From Squalus acanthias (lineage: Eukaryota), in NCBI GenBank assembly GCA_030390025.1, contig CM059433.1, positions 31,436,001 through 31,500,000 of the forward strand: a DNA stretch of 64,000 nucleotides, in the 5' to 3' direction. The notes beneath the pieces were generated by a model. The model made no database searches, was not told the DNA's origin, and saw only the letters and a list, made by a program, of their open reading frames with translations. Positions 24,352 to 38,400 of this stretch are shown here, piece by piece. The position numbers were made by a program, and so were the translations under genes. Position 1 is the stretch's first letter, and every line of letters begins with the position of its first letter.

Positions 24352-24872
24352 GTTGATGTGATAAATGGCTAGTCAAGTAGAGATGAAAGAAGCAACCTGT
24401 CAATGGTGCGATAGATTCTACCAATGAGGTGACAGTGGATCCTGGCTTTGCTGAAAATGCTTGCAACCTCTCGAAAGCTAAATCTGTGCTGACAATGCAC
24501 TCAGCAACAGCAACTGCCTTAGGAAAGTAACCAGGTGTTACTCTGCACTAATGAGTTCCATCAATGGCCACTGAACTTCCGCCTCAGGTTCACAGACGTG
24601 GTTCCCGAGCTGCGTGATTCCCGTGGTCATCCAGTAAAATTGGAAAGGTAGGGTTAAACAGATGCTTAAGGGTCTGATAAGTATCTAATAATTATGTAAA
24701 TTAGCTCGCCTGCCTCTGCCGTTCGGATCACGGCCGCGCTGGCAAACACGCCCGAGTAAATGGCATGTGGAGGTGGGATGATGGCGGGTTCCCGACCCGC
24801 TCCGAGTTATTTCAACTTTCACTCCCGACCCGCCTCCAATCCCACCCTCACAGACGCCAGAAATTTACGGCC

Positions 24873-27030
24873 ATAGAATCTACAGCACAGAAACAGGCCA
24901 TTCGGCCCAACTGATATTTGCCGATATATGTCAGATGGGCTTCCTCCCACTCTAATTAACTCTTCCCACCCTGCCCCCCTTCCGTATTCCTCTATTTTCT
25001 ACTCCCTCAATATGCATCAAGATTCCCATTAAATGCATTAATGCTATTCGATTCAACTATTTCATGGGGCAGCGAGTTCAACATTCTTACCTCTGTGTAA
25101 AGAAATGCCTCCTAAATTCTTTATTTGATCTGTTAGTGGCTATCTTAAAGTTATGCCTCCTTAATCTGGGCTCATCCACAAGTTTTATCACATCCACCAT
25201 ATCGAACGCTTCACAATTTTAAAGACCTCTTATCAGGTCTCCTCTTAGTCTTCTCTTTTCCAGAGAAAAGAGCTGCAGCCTCCTCAATCTTTGCTGATAG
25301 TTACATCCTCTCAACTTTGGTGACATCATTGTAACTCTTATCTACACCTTCTCCAGGGCTTCAATATTCTTCTTGTGGTATGGAGGCCAGAACTCCACAC
25401 AATACTCCAAGTATGATCTAACCAAGGTTCTACATCAATGTAACATTACGTCTCTGCTTTTATATTCTATCCCTGTAGAAATGAGCCCCAGTCCTTTAAT
25501 TGTACACTTTGTGACCTTATCAACTCACACTGCTACTTTTAGCAATTTATATATCTGTATTTCCAGATCACTTTGCTTCTCTATCCCATTACACCTCCTT
25601 ATCCCTCCTACCAAAATAAATCACCTCACATTTTGCTTTATTGAATTTCATTTGCCATTGATCCGCCCACTCTGTAGGACTTATGCCTTCCTGTAGTTTG
25701 GTGCAGTCCTCCACATTATTAACTACAATTTGGCATTATCTGCAAATTTCAAAAACAATTTCTGAATCCAACTCATTTATGTACATGATGAACAACAGTG
25801 GTCCCAGCACGGATCCCTGTGGCACACCACTTCCTACTTTCTGCCAGACCAAATAACTTACCTTAACTCCTACCTTCTGTTTTTAACCATCTTTCAATCC
25901 ATTCTGCTACCTGGCCCCTGGCTCCACATGCCTGACTTTTGATATGAGTCTCTTATAAGGGAACGCATCGAAGGCCTTCTCAAAGTCCACATATACAACA
26001 TCCATTGTTAAGCCCTTGTCTACACTTTCTGTTCCTTCGTCAAAGAGTTCAATAAGGTCGGTTAAACACAAACCTATAAATCTATCCTCCTTATTGTTTA
26101 CTACATTCCTGAGTTTCGTATCATCTCCAAACTTTGAAATTATACCCTGTTTACCCAAGTTGAGGTCTTTCATATAGATCAAAATGAGCAGTGGAAGTGG
26201 ACACCACTGTATACTTCCCTCCAGTTTGAAAAACAACTGCTCACCACTACTCTCTGCTTTCTGTCCCTTAGCCAATCTTGTATCGATGCAGCCACTGCCC
26301 CTTTGATTCCATAGACTTCAATTTTGCTAACAAATCTATTATGTGGTACTTTATCAAACGTCTTTTGAAAGTCCTCATATGCAACATCAACCGCACTACC
26401 CTCATCCGCTCTCTCTGCTGCTTCATCAAAGAACTCAATCAAACAAAATCTTCCTTTAACAAATCCAGGCTGACTTTCATTTATTAACCCATATTTTTCA
26501 AAGTGCCAATTAATTTTGTCCCAGATTAATGACTCTAAAAGTTTCCCCACCACCGACGTTAGGCTGACTGGCCTGTAATTGCTGTGTTTATCCCTCTTCC
26601 CTTTTTTGAACAGGGGTGTAACATTTGCAATCCTCCAGTCCTCTGGCACCAGTCCCATATCTAAGGAGGAGGAAGATTGTGGCCAGAGCCTCCGCAGTTT
26701 CCACCCTTACTTCCCTCAGTAACCTAGGATGCATCGCATCCAGACCGGGTGACTTTTCTACTTTGAGAACTGCCAACCTTTTAAGTACCTCATCTTTATT
26801 TTTATCCTATCCTATCCTATCCTATCCAATATCCAATATCGACACTGCTCCTCCTTTACTGTTACCTTGGCAGCATTCTCTTCTCTAGTGAAATCAGATG
26901 GAAAGTACTCATTTAGTACCTCCGCCACACCCTCTGCCTCCATAAGAAGATCTGCTTTATGGTTCCTAATCGGCACCACCCCTCCTTTGACTACCCTTTT
27001 ACTATTTATATGTTTATAGAAGCCTTTAGT
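24873..27030 (-). mobile_element. Old, rearranged CR1 RT fragments
   Basis: 3' tail at 24873; ORFs 25907-26275, 26179-26658 (VPEDWRIANVTPLFKKG...NYRPVSLTSVVGK) and 26588-26776 (KSPGLDAMHPRLLRE). Confidence 0.88.
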
Positions 27031-28277
27031 ATTCCATAATGCACCCTGTCGTACTGCAGGAGCTTAGGTCTTCCTTTTTCCTTTGGGGGGGATTGAGATA
27101 TGTTTAAGTGTGGTATTTTAAGATGAAGTTAATTCGTCGAGAAAAAGAATAAGCCACAGACTGCAGGCAATGAAGATTATGTATTATAGCCAGATCAGTC
27201 AGTTCGTGGAGTGTCACAGCTCCCAGCCTATTTCCAACTGATACTACGAGGATCTATTGTCTCATTCCAGGTCTATTAGTGAGGATAAGCAGGGGCATTT
27301 AGCAATTTGTTGTCTTATCTCAGATAGCCATCAGATATTCACCTCCACTGCGGTAAAGACAATTATATCCTTGTGATCGCAATCTGAGTTGCCTGCAGAG
27401 AATATAATCATGGGAGAGGGAGCGGTCAGTTTGGTTGACAGGCCTGTTGGCAAAGCCTTGCTGGGGAAGGTGTCAGAAATAATACCCCTCCGCTTCCTGG
27501 GATTTGTGGCAACAAGGCAAGGGGGGATGGGGAGGGATTTGGCCCAGAGTTGGTAGGTAATAATTAGAGTAGGTCAGGCCTACTGTTAGAAGTAGTCTAG
27601 AAAGAAATCTAATGCCAAAAAGATGCAAGTCAGCTGATGAAAGAGACAGGGCACGTGTTTTTTTTTTTCTCATTTCTTTAAGAAAGCAGTGAGATTAAAT
27701 TAAGTGAATCCAGCACAAGCATGATGGGCTGAATGGACTCCTTCTATGATCATTCTATGAAGTGGGAACATGCATTTTTGTCTGCAAATTAAAGCAATTT
27801 AATGGTTCACATTTGATCTTGTCTCAATATGTTTGAGTCCATCTTTGGAAAGATGAATGACACGGTAATTAGTTCAAATTACAAGGGGGAGTCCTATTAT
27901 TACACCCCCAGGGTTACATTGTTGTTTAATTAGATAATGCCTGTATGGGCACACTCCTGAACATATGTCATTCAGACCACTTACAGAAAAGACTTGCAGT
28001 GCTATACATGAGAAATTGTCTGAGGCACACCTGGAACTTGTGAGGTACCCGTACATTTTTGTTTATTTTCCGATGCAATATTCTATTTGTCCTCACAAAT
28101 ACATTGCAGCCTAAGGAATAAGCTGCTTAAAATCATATTACAGAGTTGACTTCACTGGGAACAGATTAGAACTACGCTTAAAAATAACTCATTTAATAAA
28201 GTGTCAGGGCTGAGGGAGTGAAATTCTCAGTCTGTGCTGCCAGCAGGTATCCCTCATGAGTGCCAAATGTTCTCAGA

Positions 28278-28610
28278 ATCATACAGCACAGAAGGAGGCC
28301 ATTCAGCCCATCGTGCCTCTTTGGTAGAACTATCCAATTAGTCCCACTCCCCTGCTCATTCCGCACAGCCCTGCAAAATTTTCCTTTTTAAACATATATT
28401 CAATTACCTTTTCAAAGTTATTAGTGTATCTACTTCGACCACCCTTTCAGGCAGTGTATTCCAGATCATAACAACTCGCTGCGGAAAAAAAAATTCTCCT
28501 CAGCTCCCCACTGGCTATTTTGCCAATTATCTTAAATCTGTGCCCTCTGGTTACCGACCCTCCTGCCAGTAGAAACAGTTTCTCCCTATGTACTATATCA
28601 AAACCCTTCT
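28278..28610 (-). mobile_element. CR1 3' fragment
   Basis: catacagcacagaaggaggccattcagccc tail and C-terminal RT homology. Confidence 0.8.
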
Positions 28611-28979
28611 TACATTAGATTGGCATGAGGATTGATTATAGTTTTGCCCTCTCTGAAGCACAATCAGTCCTTGCTTCTGATTATAAGTTGCAGACTCAAC
28701 TCTAATTCATCCACTTAAAACATCCAAGAGGAATAAAAATTAAAATAATGTGTCAATATGCTAAGAAAGCTGCTTCTTGCGATGTAATGAGATTGGTTCT
28801 CTATAGATGGGACCGTCCTTGTTAAGATACTCCATTACCTGTCACTGAGAGGAGCTGCCCAGTGCATGTGGTATCTCTTCAGGGTGTTGCATGGAAGATA
28901 CTGAATCCCTCTCAGTGAGCTATGAGACAATAATCCAATCGACAGGATCAAACAACAATATAAACTATGAAAGCAAAGC

Positions 28980-29440
28980 CATCAACACTCCTGTGCTCGC
29001 TGATCTACATTGGTTCCCGGTCCGACAACGCTTCGATTTTAAAATTCTCCTCCTCATGTTCAAATCCCTCCATGACCTCACCCCTCCCTATCTCTGTAAC
29101 CTCCTTCAGCCCTCCAAAATATCTGCATTTCTTCAATTCTGGTCCCTTGAGCATCCCCAATTTTCATCGCTCCACCATTGGTGACCGTGTCATCAGCTGC
29201 CGAGGCCCTAAGCTCTGGAATTCCCTCCCTAAACCTCTCCGCCTCTCCACCTCTCTCTCCTCCTTTAAGACGCTCCTTAAAACTTACCTCTTTGATCAAG
29301 CTTTTTGGTCATCTGTCCTAATATTTGCTTATGTGGCTCGGTGTCACATTTTTATTGATATGCCTCGTGTGAAGCACCATGGGACGTTTTATTATGTTAA
29401 AGGCGCTATATAAATGCAAGTTGTTGTTCTTGTTCTTGTT
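28980..29440 (+). mobile_element. L2 3' end
   Basis: TPVLADLHWFPVRQRFDFKILLL, then GPKLWNSLP...FKTLLKTYLFDQAF; tail ggcgctatataaatgcaagttgttg. Confidence 0.9.
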
Positions 29441-29752
29441 TATATTTGATGCTTGAACCCTTTAATTAAATTACAGTGCTAACTTCACTCAGAAGTACCA
29501 GATAGTCAAATCTTATATAAAATATGTTTTCCTGCTGTGAAAATTGATGACACACAACTCCTTTGATTGTGTGTTGCCTATTCTTTATTGTAGTGCCACA
29601 CAATATAAGACGTCAAGGATTATGATGCAGGAGTTGGAAGGATCAAAGAGTTTTGTGCTGCAGTAGCAAGTTATTTAGGAGAGCCCTTCAGAGAAATGTT
29701 CACTTCCCCAGAAGCAACATTACAGTAAAGAGAGACCCTAACTTGGGACATA

Positions 29753-30354
29753 GGCTGGAGCTAAAGGCCCCGATTTTAACTCCAGGTGGATTCCCCACTC
29801 AGGCCTGCGTTAAAATTACTGTCGGGTCTCAATGATGTCATCGGGCCGCAACATGCATATGTAAAGAAGGACCCTGTTGGCCCCGTTATTTACAGGGAGG
29901 CGGGGAGATCACGAAGGGGGCTTCGGATTGTGGGGCAGGGGGAGATTGCGGGAGCGAGGATGGGAAGATCACGAGGGGGGAATATCGCTAGTCAGCTTGG
30001 AGATCGGGGGGGGGGGGGGGGGGGGGGGGGAAAGATCGCGGGATGTTGGTCGATCGCGACAGGTTTGCTTGGGAGGCCAGGGGAAACATTCCTGGTCCTC
30101 CTGGCCCACAAGCAGTGCTGGAAAAGCACTCAGCTGCTGGATCCGGCAGCTCTGGCCTCCCTTCAGCTGCCGGTTTTCCAGTAGCCCGGGGAAACCGGGC
30201 CCGCGGCCATTAAATCTAAAAGTCTGGTTACCCGCCCGACCCCATACCTGCCCCGGTTAAACCGGAAGGAGGCGTGTTCGCACTGGGTTTCAGATTGTTC
30301 AGAATTTAAACCCCTCCGCCCCGGCCTGTCCTGGGGCAGTTAAAATTCCACCCC
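29753..30354. mobile_element. Harbinger-type MITE, partial
   Basis: Right end gttaaaattccacccc; internal tgatgtcatc motif; homologous in reverse to 50471-51385. Confidence 0.6.
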
Positions 30355-31117
30355 CCCCCCTTTTAAATTTTGTGTGAACTTCTGCTTTCAGCCACATTAA
30401 ATAGAATCAGACTCAGCAGAAGCAACCAAGAGGAAACAAATCTCAATTTTATGGTTAAAAATCTTATCTCTGGGAAGAAAAATGTGTTGCATTCACCTCT
30501 TTACACCCCCTTCAAATAACCAAGATAAAGGATTGATTAAAAGCCAGGCTTGCTGCTCTGTCAGCTGTGAGCATGGGACCTCCTGGAAACACACTGAGCT
30601 CGAAAGCTGGCACCAGAAGCAGCCTCTCCCATCTCATCAATCACACACCCGTCTCTTGCCAACTGACACCAGCCTATGCTCAACCATGTGTGATTCAGAA
30701 CACACCAAACAAAAATGAACGCCATGAAATTCAAGTGACAGTTTTGACACGCAGACGCAGAGGGCAATTCTTATGAGTTGCTCATCCCAGTGAGGAGTCT
30801 CACCTGCTGGAAGCATGCAGCGGAAACCAGGGTGCATGTTACCCGTGCCTTTTTCGACAGCTTCAGTCAGAAAAATTGTGATTTGTGCTCATGCAGGGCA
30901 ATGCTGACTGCAGGAAGTGCAGACTTGCTAATGCCTGATTGCCGATGAAAGGTAGGAAATTCACTTACGCTCAGCAGTACGCTGTTTCACCTCAAGAAGT
31001 ACACTTTTTTCCCCCATCATTCAGAAATTTAGCTGCAAACCCAGTGCCTATTGAGCAAAACACCGCACAGTTGAAAACAGGGGAGAGAAAATGCTATATC
31101 AAGAAATAATGATTTAT

Positions 31118-32690
31118 TAGCACCAAAGGCTTTCAACCCATCCTGCCCGTTGGAAACCAGGCTTTCGGGTACTAAAAATGGCCCATGTGGCTAAACCCAC
31201 ACCGATCTGGTTGTCTTCCCGTGGGTTCCGAGCTTAACCTGCTCTCCTGAGCAGATGAAAGGGACACCCACCAGACGTCAGTGGGGGCCTTTCTTTAAAT
31301 ATGCAGATCGGGCGCCGATGATGTCATCTGGGCCCGACAGCAATTTTAACCCCAGGCCTGCACAGGGAAGGTGTTGTGGCTTCCCCGCCTGACCAACCTA
31401 GCACGACAAGGAGTCAGGGCCATAAGAAGCGCAAAAAGGTAAGTGGATTTTCTTGTTTTTGTTTTACTTTCATTGTGGGGACCAAGAGTGCTCCTCCGAG
31501 GCCCACAAAGAAAGTTTAGGCCTCCCCTGTCCCAGGTTTCCGGCCCTCCCCAGACCACGAGACCCTCCCAGCCACTTAACTTTAAAAAAAAAATTATTCA
31601 TTCACGGGATGTGGGCGTCGCTGGCGAGGCCAGCGTTTATTGCCCATCCCTAATTGCCCTTGAGAAGGTGGTGGTGAGCTGCCTTCTTGAACTGCTGCAG
31701 TCCTTGTGCTGAAGGTACTCCCACTGTGCTGATAGGGAGGGAGTTCCAGGATTTTGACCCAGCGACGATGAAGTAGCAGCGACATATTTGTAAGTCAGGA
31801 TGGCGTGTGACTTGGAGGGGAAGTTGGAGGTGGTGGTGTTCCCATGCGCCTGCTGCCCTTGTCCTTCTAGATGGTAGAGGTCATGGGTTTGGGAGGTGCT
31901 GTTGAAGAAGCCTTGGTGAGTTGCTGCAGTGCATCTTGTAGATGGTACACACTGCAGCCACGGTACGTTGGTGGTGGAGGGAATAAATGTTTTAGGTGGT
32001 GGATGGGGTGCCAATCAAGCGGGCTGCTTTGTCCTGGATGGTGTCGAGCTTCTTGAGTGTTTTTGGAGCTGCACTCATCCAGGCAAGTGGAGAGTATTCC
32101 ATCACACTCCTTACGTGTGCCTTGTAGATGGTGGAAAGTCTTTGGGAGTCAGGAGGTGAGTCACTCTCCACAGAATACCCAGCCTCTGACCTGCTCTTGT
32201 AACCACAGTATTTAAGTGGCTGGTCCAGTTAAGTTTCTGGTCAAAGGTGACCCCCAGGATGTTGATGGGGATTCAACAATGGTAATTCCATTGAATGTCA
32301 AGGGGAGGTGGTTAAACTCTCTCTTGTTGGAGATGGTCATTGCCTGGCACTTGTGTGTCATTGCCTGGCACCTGAGTATCGGGACCATTCCTTCGGGTCC
32401 TCAGCAGCATCCTCCTGCCACCCGACATCCTGCACCAGTAGATTCTTGTGAGGTAAGGGTATCAAGGGATATGGAGCAATGGCAGGTAAATGGAGTGGAG
32501 GTGCAGATCAGCCATGATCTAATTGAATGGTGGAAACAGGTTTGAGGGGCTGAATGGCCTACTCCTGTTCCTATCTTCCTACGTTCTTCCTATATTCCCA
32601 CCCACCGGCCAGCTGCCGCTTCCCACTGGCGTTGGCTGGGAGATTGACGGGGCCTACGCAGATGAGGCCTGGGAGTTAAAATCTACGCCC
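31118..32690. mobile_element. Harbinger-type MITE interrupted by LINE fragments
   Basis: Arms resemble 50471-51385; right end gttaaaatctacgccc at 32690; LINE at 31590-32350 and CR1 tail at 32455-32590 inside. Confidence 0.55.
31590..32350 (-). mobile_element. Non-LTR retrotransposon 3' portion (second family of the CR1/L2 group)
   Basis: Reverse complement of 41667-42195, with the tail gggatgtgggcgtcgctggc. Confidence 0.8.
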
Positions 32691-32699
32691 TCAGTGAGG

Positions 32700-32910
32700 G
32701 TGTAAGTGAATACGAGAGTGAAGTGGTGAGTTACTGAGTGAGAGAGTGAGAGTGAGTGAGTGTGACAGAATGAGTGAGAGTGAGAGAAAGAGTGAGAGTG
32801 TGAAAGAGTGGGAGTGTGAGAGAAAGAGTGAAAGTGTGAAAGAATGAGTGAATGAATGTGAGGGAGTAAGTGAATATTACAGTAAAGGGGGAGTTACTGA
32901 GTGAGAGATG
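32700..32910. repeat. Degenerate (GAGT/GA)n simple repeat
   Basis: gagtgagagtgagtgagtgtga... Confidence 0.85.
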
Positions 32911-33364
32911 TGGCGTGTTCGTGCAGTGGGGCAGGCTTTCTACCCGACCGCAGTAGTTGGCGCTGACCTCAGTAAACTTCTGGGTTAGATCCTTTCTGCA
33001 GCTCCCAGCAGTATTGCCACCAATGCTTGGGGGATCTCCACCAGGGCGGGGAGGGGAGGGCGAGAGATGGTAGTCATGCAGGTGTCGGCTGCCTAGAGCA
33101 GCTTAAAGGGGCAGGCAGCCTCTGAAAACAAATCCATGCAGTTGCCTTCCGAGAAGATAGGTGGCCATCAACAGTTGCTCAATCAGCTACAGATCCCATT
33201 GTGCCCGTTTAAATTACTTCTCATATTCCCTTCACTTAGTGATGGTGGATGCCTGCTTTACACAGGTGTTCCTAACCCCCGTGTTAAGGAGTCAGCAATG
33301 ACAGAAAATGGAATTTGTAATGTCTGCCGTCTGATAGAAGTGATGCCGAACAATACCTCAGAGG

Positions 33365-33592
33365 CAAAAAAAAATTTACAGAGCGAGTTGTTGTGATCTG
33401 GAATGCACTGCCTGAAAGGGTGGCGGAAGCAGATTCAATAGTAACTTTCAAAAGGGAATTGGAGAAATACTTGAAAAGGAGAAATCTGCAGGGCTATGGG
33501 GAAAGGCCAAGGGACTGGGACTAATTGGAGAGCTCTGTCAAAGATGGGCCAAAGGGCCTCCTTCTGTGTTGTAAGATTCTATGATTCTATGA
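33365..33592 (+). mobile_element. CR1 3' end fragment
   Basis: Same family as 5890-6135; (attctatg)2 tail. Confidence 0.85.
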
Positions 33593-33612
33593 AATAGGGG
33601 GAACTTATCTGT

Positions 33613-34050
33613 GTCAGCTGTGCCTCAGTGGGTAACACTCTCACCTCTGAAGGTTGTGGGTTCATGTTCCACGTCAGAGACTTGAGCACATAATCTAGTG
33701 ATAGTCCAATGTAGTACTGAGCGAGTGCAGCACTGTCAGAGGTGCTGTCTTTTGGATGAGATGTTAAACCAAAGACCTGTCTGACCTCTCAGGTGGGCGT
33801 AAAAGATCCCATGGCACTATTTCGAAGAAGGGCAGGTGAGTTCTCCCCATGTCCTGGCCAACATTTATCCCTCAATCTGGTCATTTATTTCATTGCTGTT
33901 TCTGGGAGCTTGCTGTGTGCAAATTGGCTGCTGCATTTCCTACATTACAACAGTGACTACACTTCAAAAAGTAATTCATTGGCTGTAAAGTGGTTTGGGA
34001 CGTCCTGAGGCCATGAAAGGGTGCTGTATAAATGCGAGTCCTTTTCTTTT
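33613..34050 (+). mobile_element. DeuSINE
   Basis: Head, Deu core and tail as at 2298. Confidence 0.85.
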
Positions 34051-35475
34051 AAGAATGTAAAACTTGAAACTCAAAAGCAGAAAAATGTGATGATTGAATT
34101 GAAAAATCGCTCTGTTATTTTTGCTTCGTCACGTATATATACTGCTCATCAGGTAGCCTGATTACAATGAGGCTGTTCTGTGCCCATCACCACTGACAAT
34201 GCTGACAAGGATTGCTGTGCACTACATGCCTCTGATGCACAATGGTGTTTACACGGAAGGATTGATGATGCTTCTGCAAGTTTTTCCAGCAGCAGTCATT
34301 CGAAGTTGATGACTGAGATACCCTATGGCGATGATATATTATCCTTTAATGTATTATCACATCATTTTCCTGGGTGGCTTTGATCAGTAAGACAGGCCAC
34401 AGAATACCTCATTAGAGCCATTTTTATTAGGGTTGCAAATTGTGTACAGCCTTAAAATGCAGAAAGCTTTTGAATTGGTATACTCGGCATGCAAAATCAT
34501 TCACGGAAGGGGTTTGTTTCTGATAAGGAAAAATGTATACGAGGGAGGCAATACCAAATTATTAAATACAATCATCTAACCATTATATGGCGGCGGGTGT
34601 AATTAGAGGAAGAGTAGTAATAAATCTCAAACATTTCACACTTGACACTGAGACATTAATGCAAAGAAAAAAACCAACAGATTTTTGATGGGAAAAGGGG
34701 TATTGCTGCCACTGACAGAAATGTTGTCTTCAATCGTGATAAATATTAGCTCTTGTCTACATTGAACGGCCACGATTATGAAGTGTCTTCCCTGTAAGAT
34801 GGCTATAAGATTTAGTGAAGTGAGCTTGGTCCATCTCAATCTAGATTCTACTGGGTACAATTTTACAACGCCAGTCTGACCATAATTCAGCACTAAATTT
34901 GGAGTCTCGCCGAAAAAAGCTAGAAGGAAGGCCTAAGTGGGGAATGGAAATACTAGAGGAATGCTGTTTCAAAACTGAGATTAAAGTGCATTGTTCAGAG
35001 TACTTTAGAGCAACATTTATTTACTCATGCTACGCCTGGTTCTGGGAGTGTCTAATGCTGAAACTAAGATGCCCAAATTGCAACAAACTCCCATTCCTGA
35101 ACAATGACTTTTGATAATTAGCACAGTTTTCCTAACCTCCACCCCACCACCCAAAAAAAACAGTGCCCACTGTTACCTGGTAAAACATCTTTTAAAATAC
35201 TATAGCAGGCCTGGAACAGAGACACGCACAGTGATGGCTTCCGTAGATTTTTGTCAGTTAAGTGTATCAAGGGATATGGAGCAAATGTGGGTAAATGGGG
35301 CTGAGGTACAGATCAGCCAAGATCTAATTGAATGGCAGAGAAGGTTTGAGGGGCTGAATGCTGGCCTTGCCAGTGACGCCCACATCCCAGGAACGAATAA
35401 AAAAAATACTGCCTTATCACAGGAGTCTCTTTCACATAATACTTTCAAAGTTCAATGTTGTCTTTTTATTTTTTT

Positions 35476-38400
35476 GGTGTGTGTGTGTGTGAGTGTGCGG
35501 GTGTGAGTGTGTATGAGTGTGTGTGAATGTGTATCTGTGTGTGAGTGCGTGTGTGTGCGAGTGCGTGTGTGTGTGATTGCATGTGAGTGTGTGTGTGATT
35601 GTGTGTGCGTGTGTGTTTGTGTGTGTGTGTGTGCACGAGTGTGTGTGCGTGAGTGTGTGTATGTGTGTGAGTGTGTGTGTGTGAGTGTGTATGTGAGTGT
35701 GTGTGTGTGAGTGTGTGAGTGTGTGCGTGAGTGCGTGCATGTGTGTGAGTGTGAGTGTGTGCGTTTGTGCATGTGTGAGTGTGAGTGTGTGTGAGTGTGT
35801 GTGAGTGTGTGAGTGTGTGTGTGCATGTATGTATGTGTGTGTGAGTGTGTGAGTGTGTGTGTGAATGTGAGAGTGTGTGAGTGTGTGAGTGTGTGCGTGT
35901 GTGCGTGTGTGTGTGAGTGTGTGTGCGTGAGTGCGTGCGTGTGTGCGTGTATGCGTGTGTGTGTGAGTGTGAGTGCGTGAGTGTGTGAGTGTGTGTGCGC
36001 GTGAGTGTGAGTATGTGAGTGTGTGAGTGTGTGTGTGAATGTGTGAGTGTGTGCGTGTGTGCGTGTCTGTGTGTGAGTGTGTGTGCGTGAGTGTGAGTAT
36101 GTGAGTGTGTGAGTGTGTGTGTGAATGTGTGAGTGTGTGAGTGTGTGTGAGTGAGTGTGTGAGTGTGTGTGTGAGTGTGTGCGTGTGAGTGTGTGCGTGT
36201 GTGTGCGTGTGTGTGTGTGTGAGTGTGTGTGTGTGAGTGAGTGTGTGTGAGTGTGTGTGTGAGTGTGTGTGTGTGTGAGTGTGTGTGAGTGTGTGTGTGT
36301 GTGCGTGTGTGTGTGTGAGTGTGTGTGCGTGTGTGTGTGTGAGTGTGAGTGTGAGTGTGTGAGTGCGAGTGTGAGTGTGTGAGTGTGTGCGTGTGTGAGT
36401 GTGTGAGTGTGAGTGTGTGAGTGTGAGTGTGTGTGTGAGAGAGTGTGTGTGAGTGTGTGCGTGTGAGCGTGTGTGTGAGCGTGTGTGTGAGCGTGTGTGT
36501 GAGAGTGCGTGTGTGAGAGTGTGTTTGAGTGTGCGTGAGAGTGTGTGTGAGTGTGTGTGTGTGAGTGTGTGTGAGAGTGTGTGTGAGTGTGTGCGTGTGA
36601 GCATGTGTGTGAGCGTGTGTGTGTGTGTGTGAGTGTGTGAGTGTGTGTGTGAGAGTGTGTGAGTGTGTGTGAGTGTGTGCGTGTGAGCGTGTGTGTGAGC
36701 GTGTGTGTGTGTGTGTGTGAGTGTGTGAGTGTGTGTGTGAGAGTGTGTGAGTGTGTGTGTGAGAGTGTGTGTGAGTGTGTGTGAGTGTGTGTGTGAGTGT
36801 GTGTGTGAGCGTGTGCATGTGAGCGTGTGTGTGAGTGTGTGTGTGAGTGTGTGTGAGAGTGTGAGTGTGTGTGAGTGTGTGTGTCCGTGTGAGCGTGTGT
36901 GTGAGCGTGTGTGTGAGAGTGTGTGTGAGTGTGTGTGTGTGTGTGTGTGTGAGTGTGTGTGAGAGTGTGTGTGTGAGTGTGTGCGAGTGTGAGTATGTGA
37001 GTGTGTGAATGTGTGAGTGTGTGTGTGTGCGCGCGTGTGCGCGCGTGTGTGCGCGTGAGTGTGTGTGTGTGAGCATGTGTGTGAGTGTGTGTATGTGAGC
37101 GCGTGTGAGAGTGTGTGTGTGTGAGTGTGTGTGAGAGTTTGTGTGTGAGTGTGTGTGTGTGTGAGTGTGTGTGAGAGTTTGTGTGTGAGTGTGTGCGTGT
37201 GAGCGTGTGTGAGAGTGCGTGTGCGTGCGTGAGAGTGTGTGTGTGTGTGAGTGTGTGTGAGAGTGTGTGTGAGTGTGTGCGTGTGCATGCGTGAGAGTGT
37301 GTGTGTGTGCGTGTGAGTGTGTGCGTGTGTGTGTGCGAGTGTGTGAGTGTGTGTGCGCGTGAGTGTGAGTATGTGAGTGTGTGAGTGTGTGTGTGAATGT
37401 GTGAGTGTGTGCGTGTGTGCGTGTCTGTGTGTGAGTGTGTGTGCGTGAGTGTGAGTATGTGAGTGTGTGAGTGTGTGTGTGAATGTGTGAGTGTGTGAGT
37501 GTGTGTGAGTGAGTGTGTGAGTGTGTGTGTGAGTGTGTGCGTGTGAGTGTGTGCGTGTGTGTGCGTGTGTGTGTGTGTGAGTGTGTGTGTGTGAGTGAGT
37601 GTGTGTGAGTGTGTGTGTGAGTGTGTGTGTGTGTGAGTGTGTGTGAGTGTGTGTGTGTGTGCGTGTGTGTGTGTGAGTGTGTGTGCGTGTGTGTGTGTGA
37701 GTGTGAGTGTGAGTGTGTGAGTGCGAGTGTGAGTGTGTGAGTGTGTGCGTGTGTGAGTGTGTGAGTGTGAGTGTGTGAGTGTGAGTGTGTGTGTGAGAGA
37801 GTGTGTGTGAGTGTGTGCGTGTGAGCGTGTGTGTGAGCGTGTGTGTGAGCGTGTGTGTGAGAGTGCGTGTGTGAGAGTGTGTTTGAGTGTGCGTGAGAGT
37901 GTGTGTGAGTGTGTGTGTGTGAGTGTGTGTGAGAGTGTGTGTGAGTGTGTGCGTGTGAGCATGTGTGTGAGCGTGTGTGTGTGTGTGTGAGTGTGTGAGT
38001 GTGTGTGTGAGAGTGTGTGAGTGTGTGTGAGTGTGTGCGTGTGAGCGTGTGTGTGAGCGTGTGTGTGTGTGTGTGTGAGTGTGTGAGTGTGTGTGTGAGA
38101 GTGTGTGAGTGTGTGTGTGAGAGTGTGTGTGAGTGTGTGTGAGTGTGTGTGTGAGTGTGTGTGTGAGCGTGTGCATGTGAGCGTGTGTGTGAGTGTGTGT
38201 GTGAGTGTGTGTGAGAGTGTGAGTGTGTGTGAGTGTGTGTGTCCGTGTGAGCGTGTGTGTGAGCGTGTGTGTGAGAGTGTGTGTGAGTGTGTGTGTGTGT
38301 GTGTGTGTGAGTGTGTGTGAGAGTGTGTGTGTGAGTGTGTGCGAGTGTGAGTATGTGAGTGTGTGAGTGTGTGTGTGTGCGCGCGTGTGCGCGCGTGTGT

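Larger units (their letters stand above)
20493..24872. mobile_element. Full-length PIF/Harbinger transposon (element A), decayed, two convergent genes
   Basis: TIRs GGCTGGAATTTTCTG and (rc) GGCCGTAAATTTCTG; TSD ATA/ATA inside a CR1 catagaat tail; Myb/SANT gene on +, transposase on -. Confidence 0.93.

Noticed and set aside
27874..28056. Cys-containing minus-strand ORF as the next EGF exon
   Set aside because: Cys spacing is not EGF-like and there are no convincing splice sites
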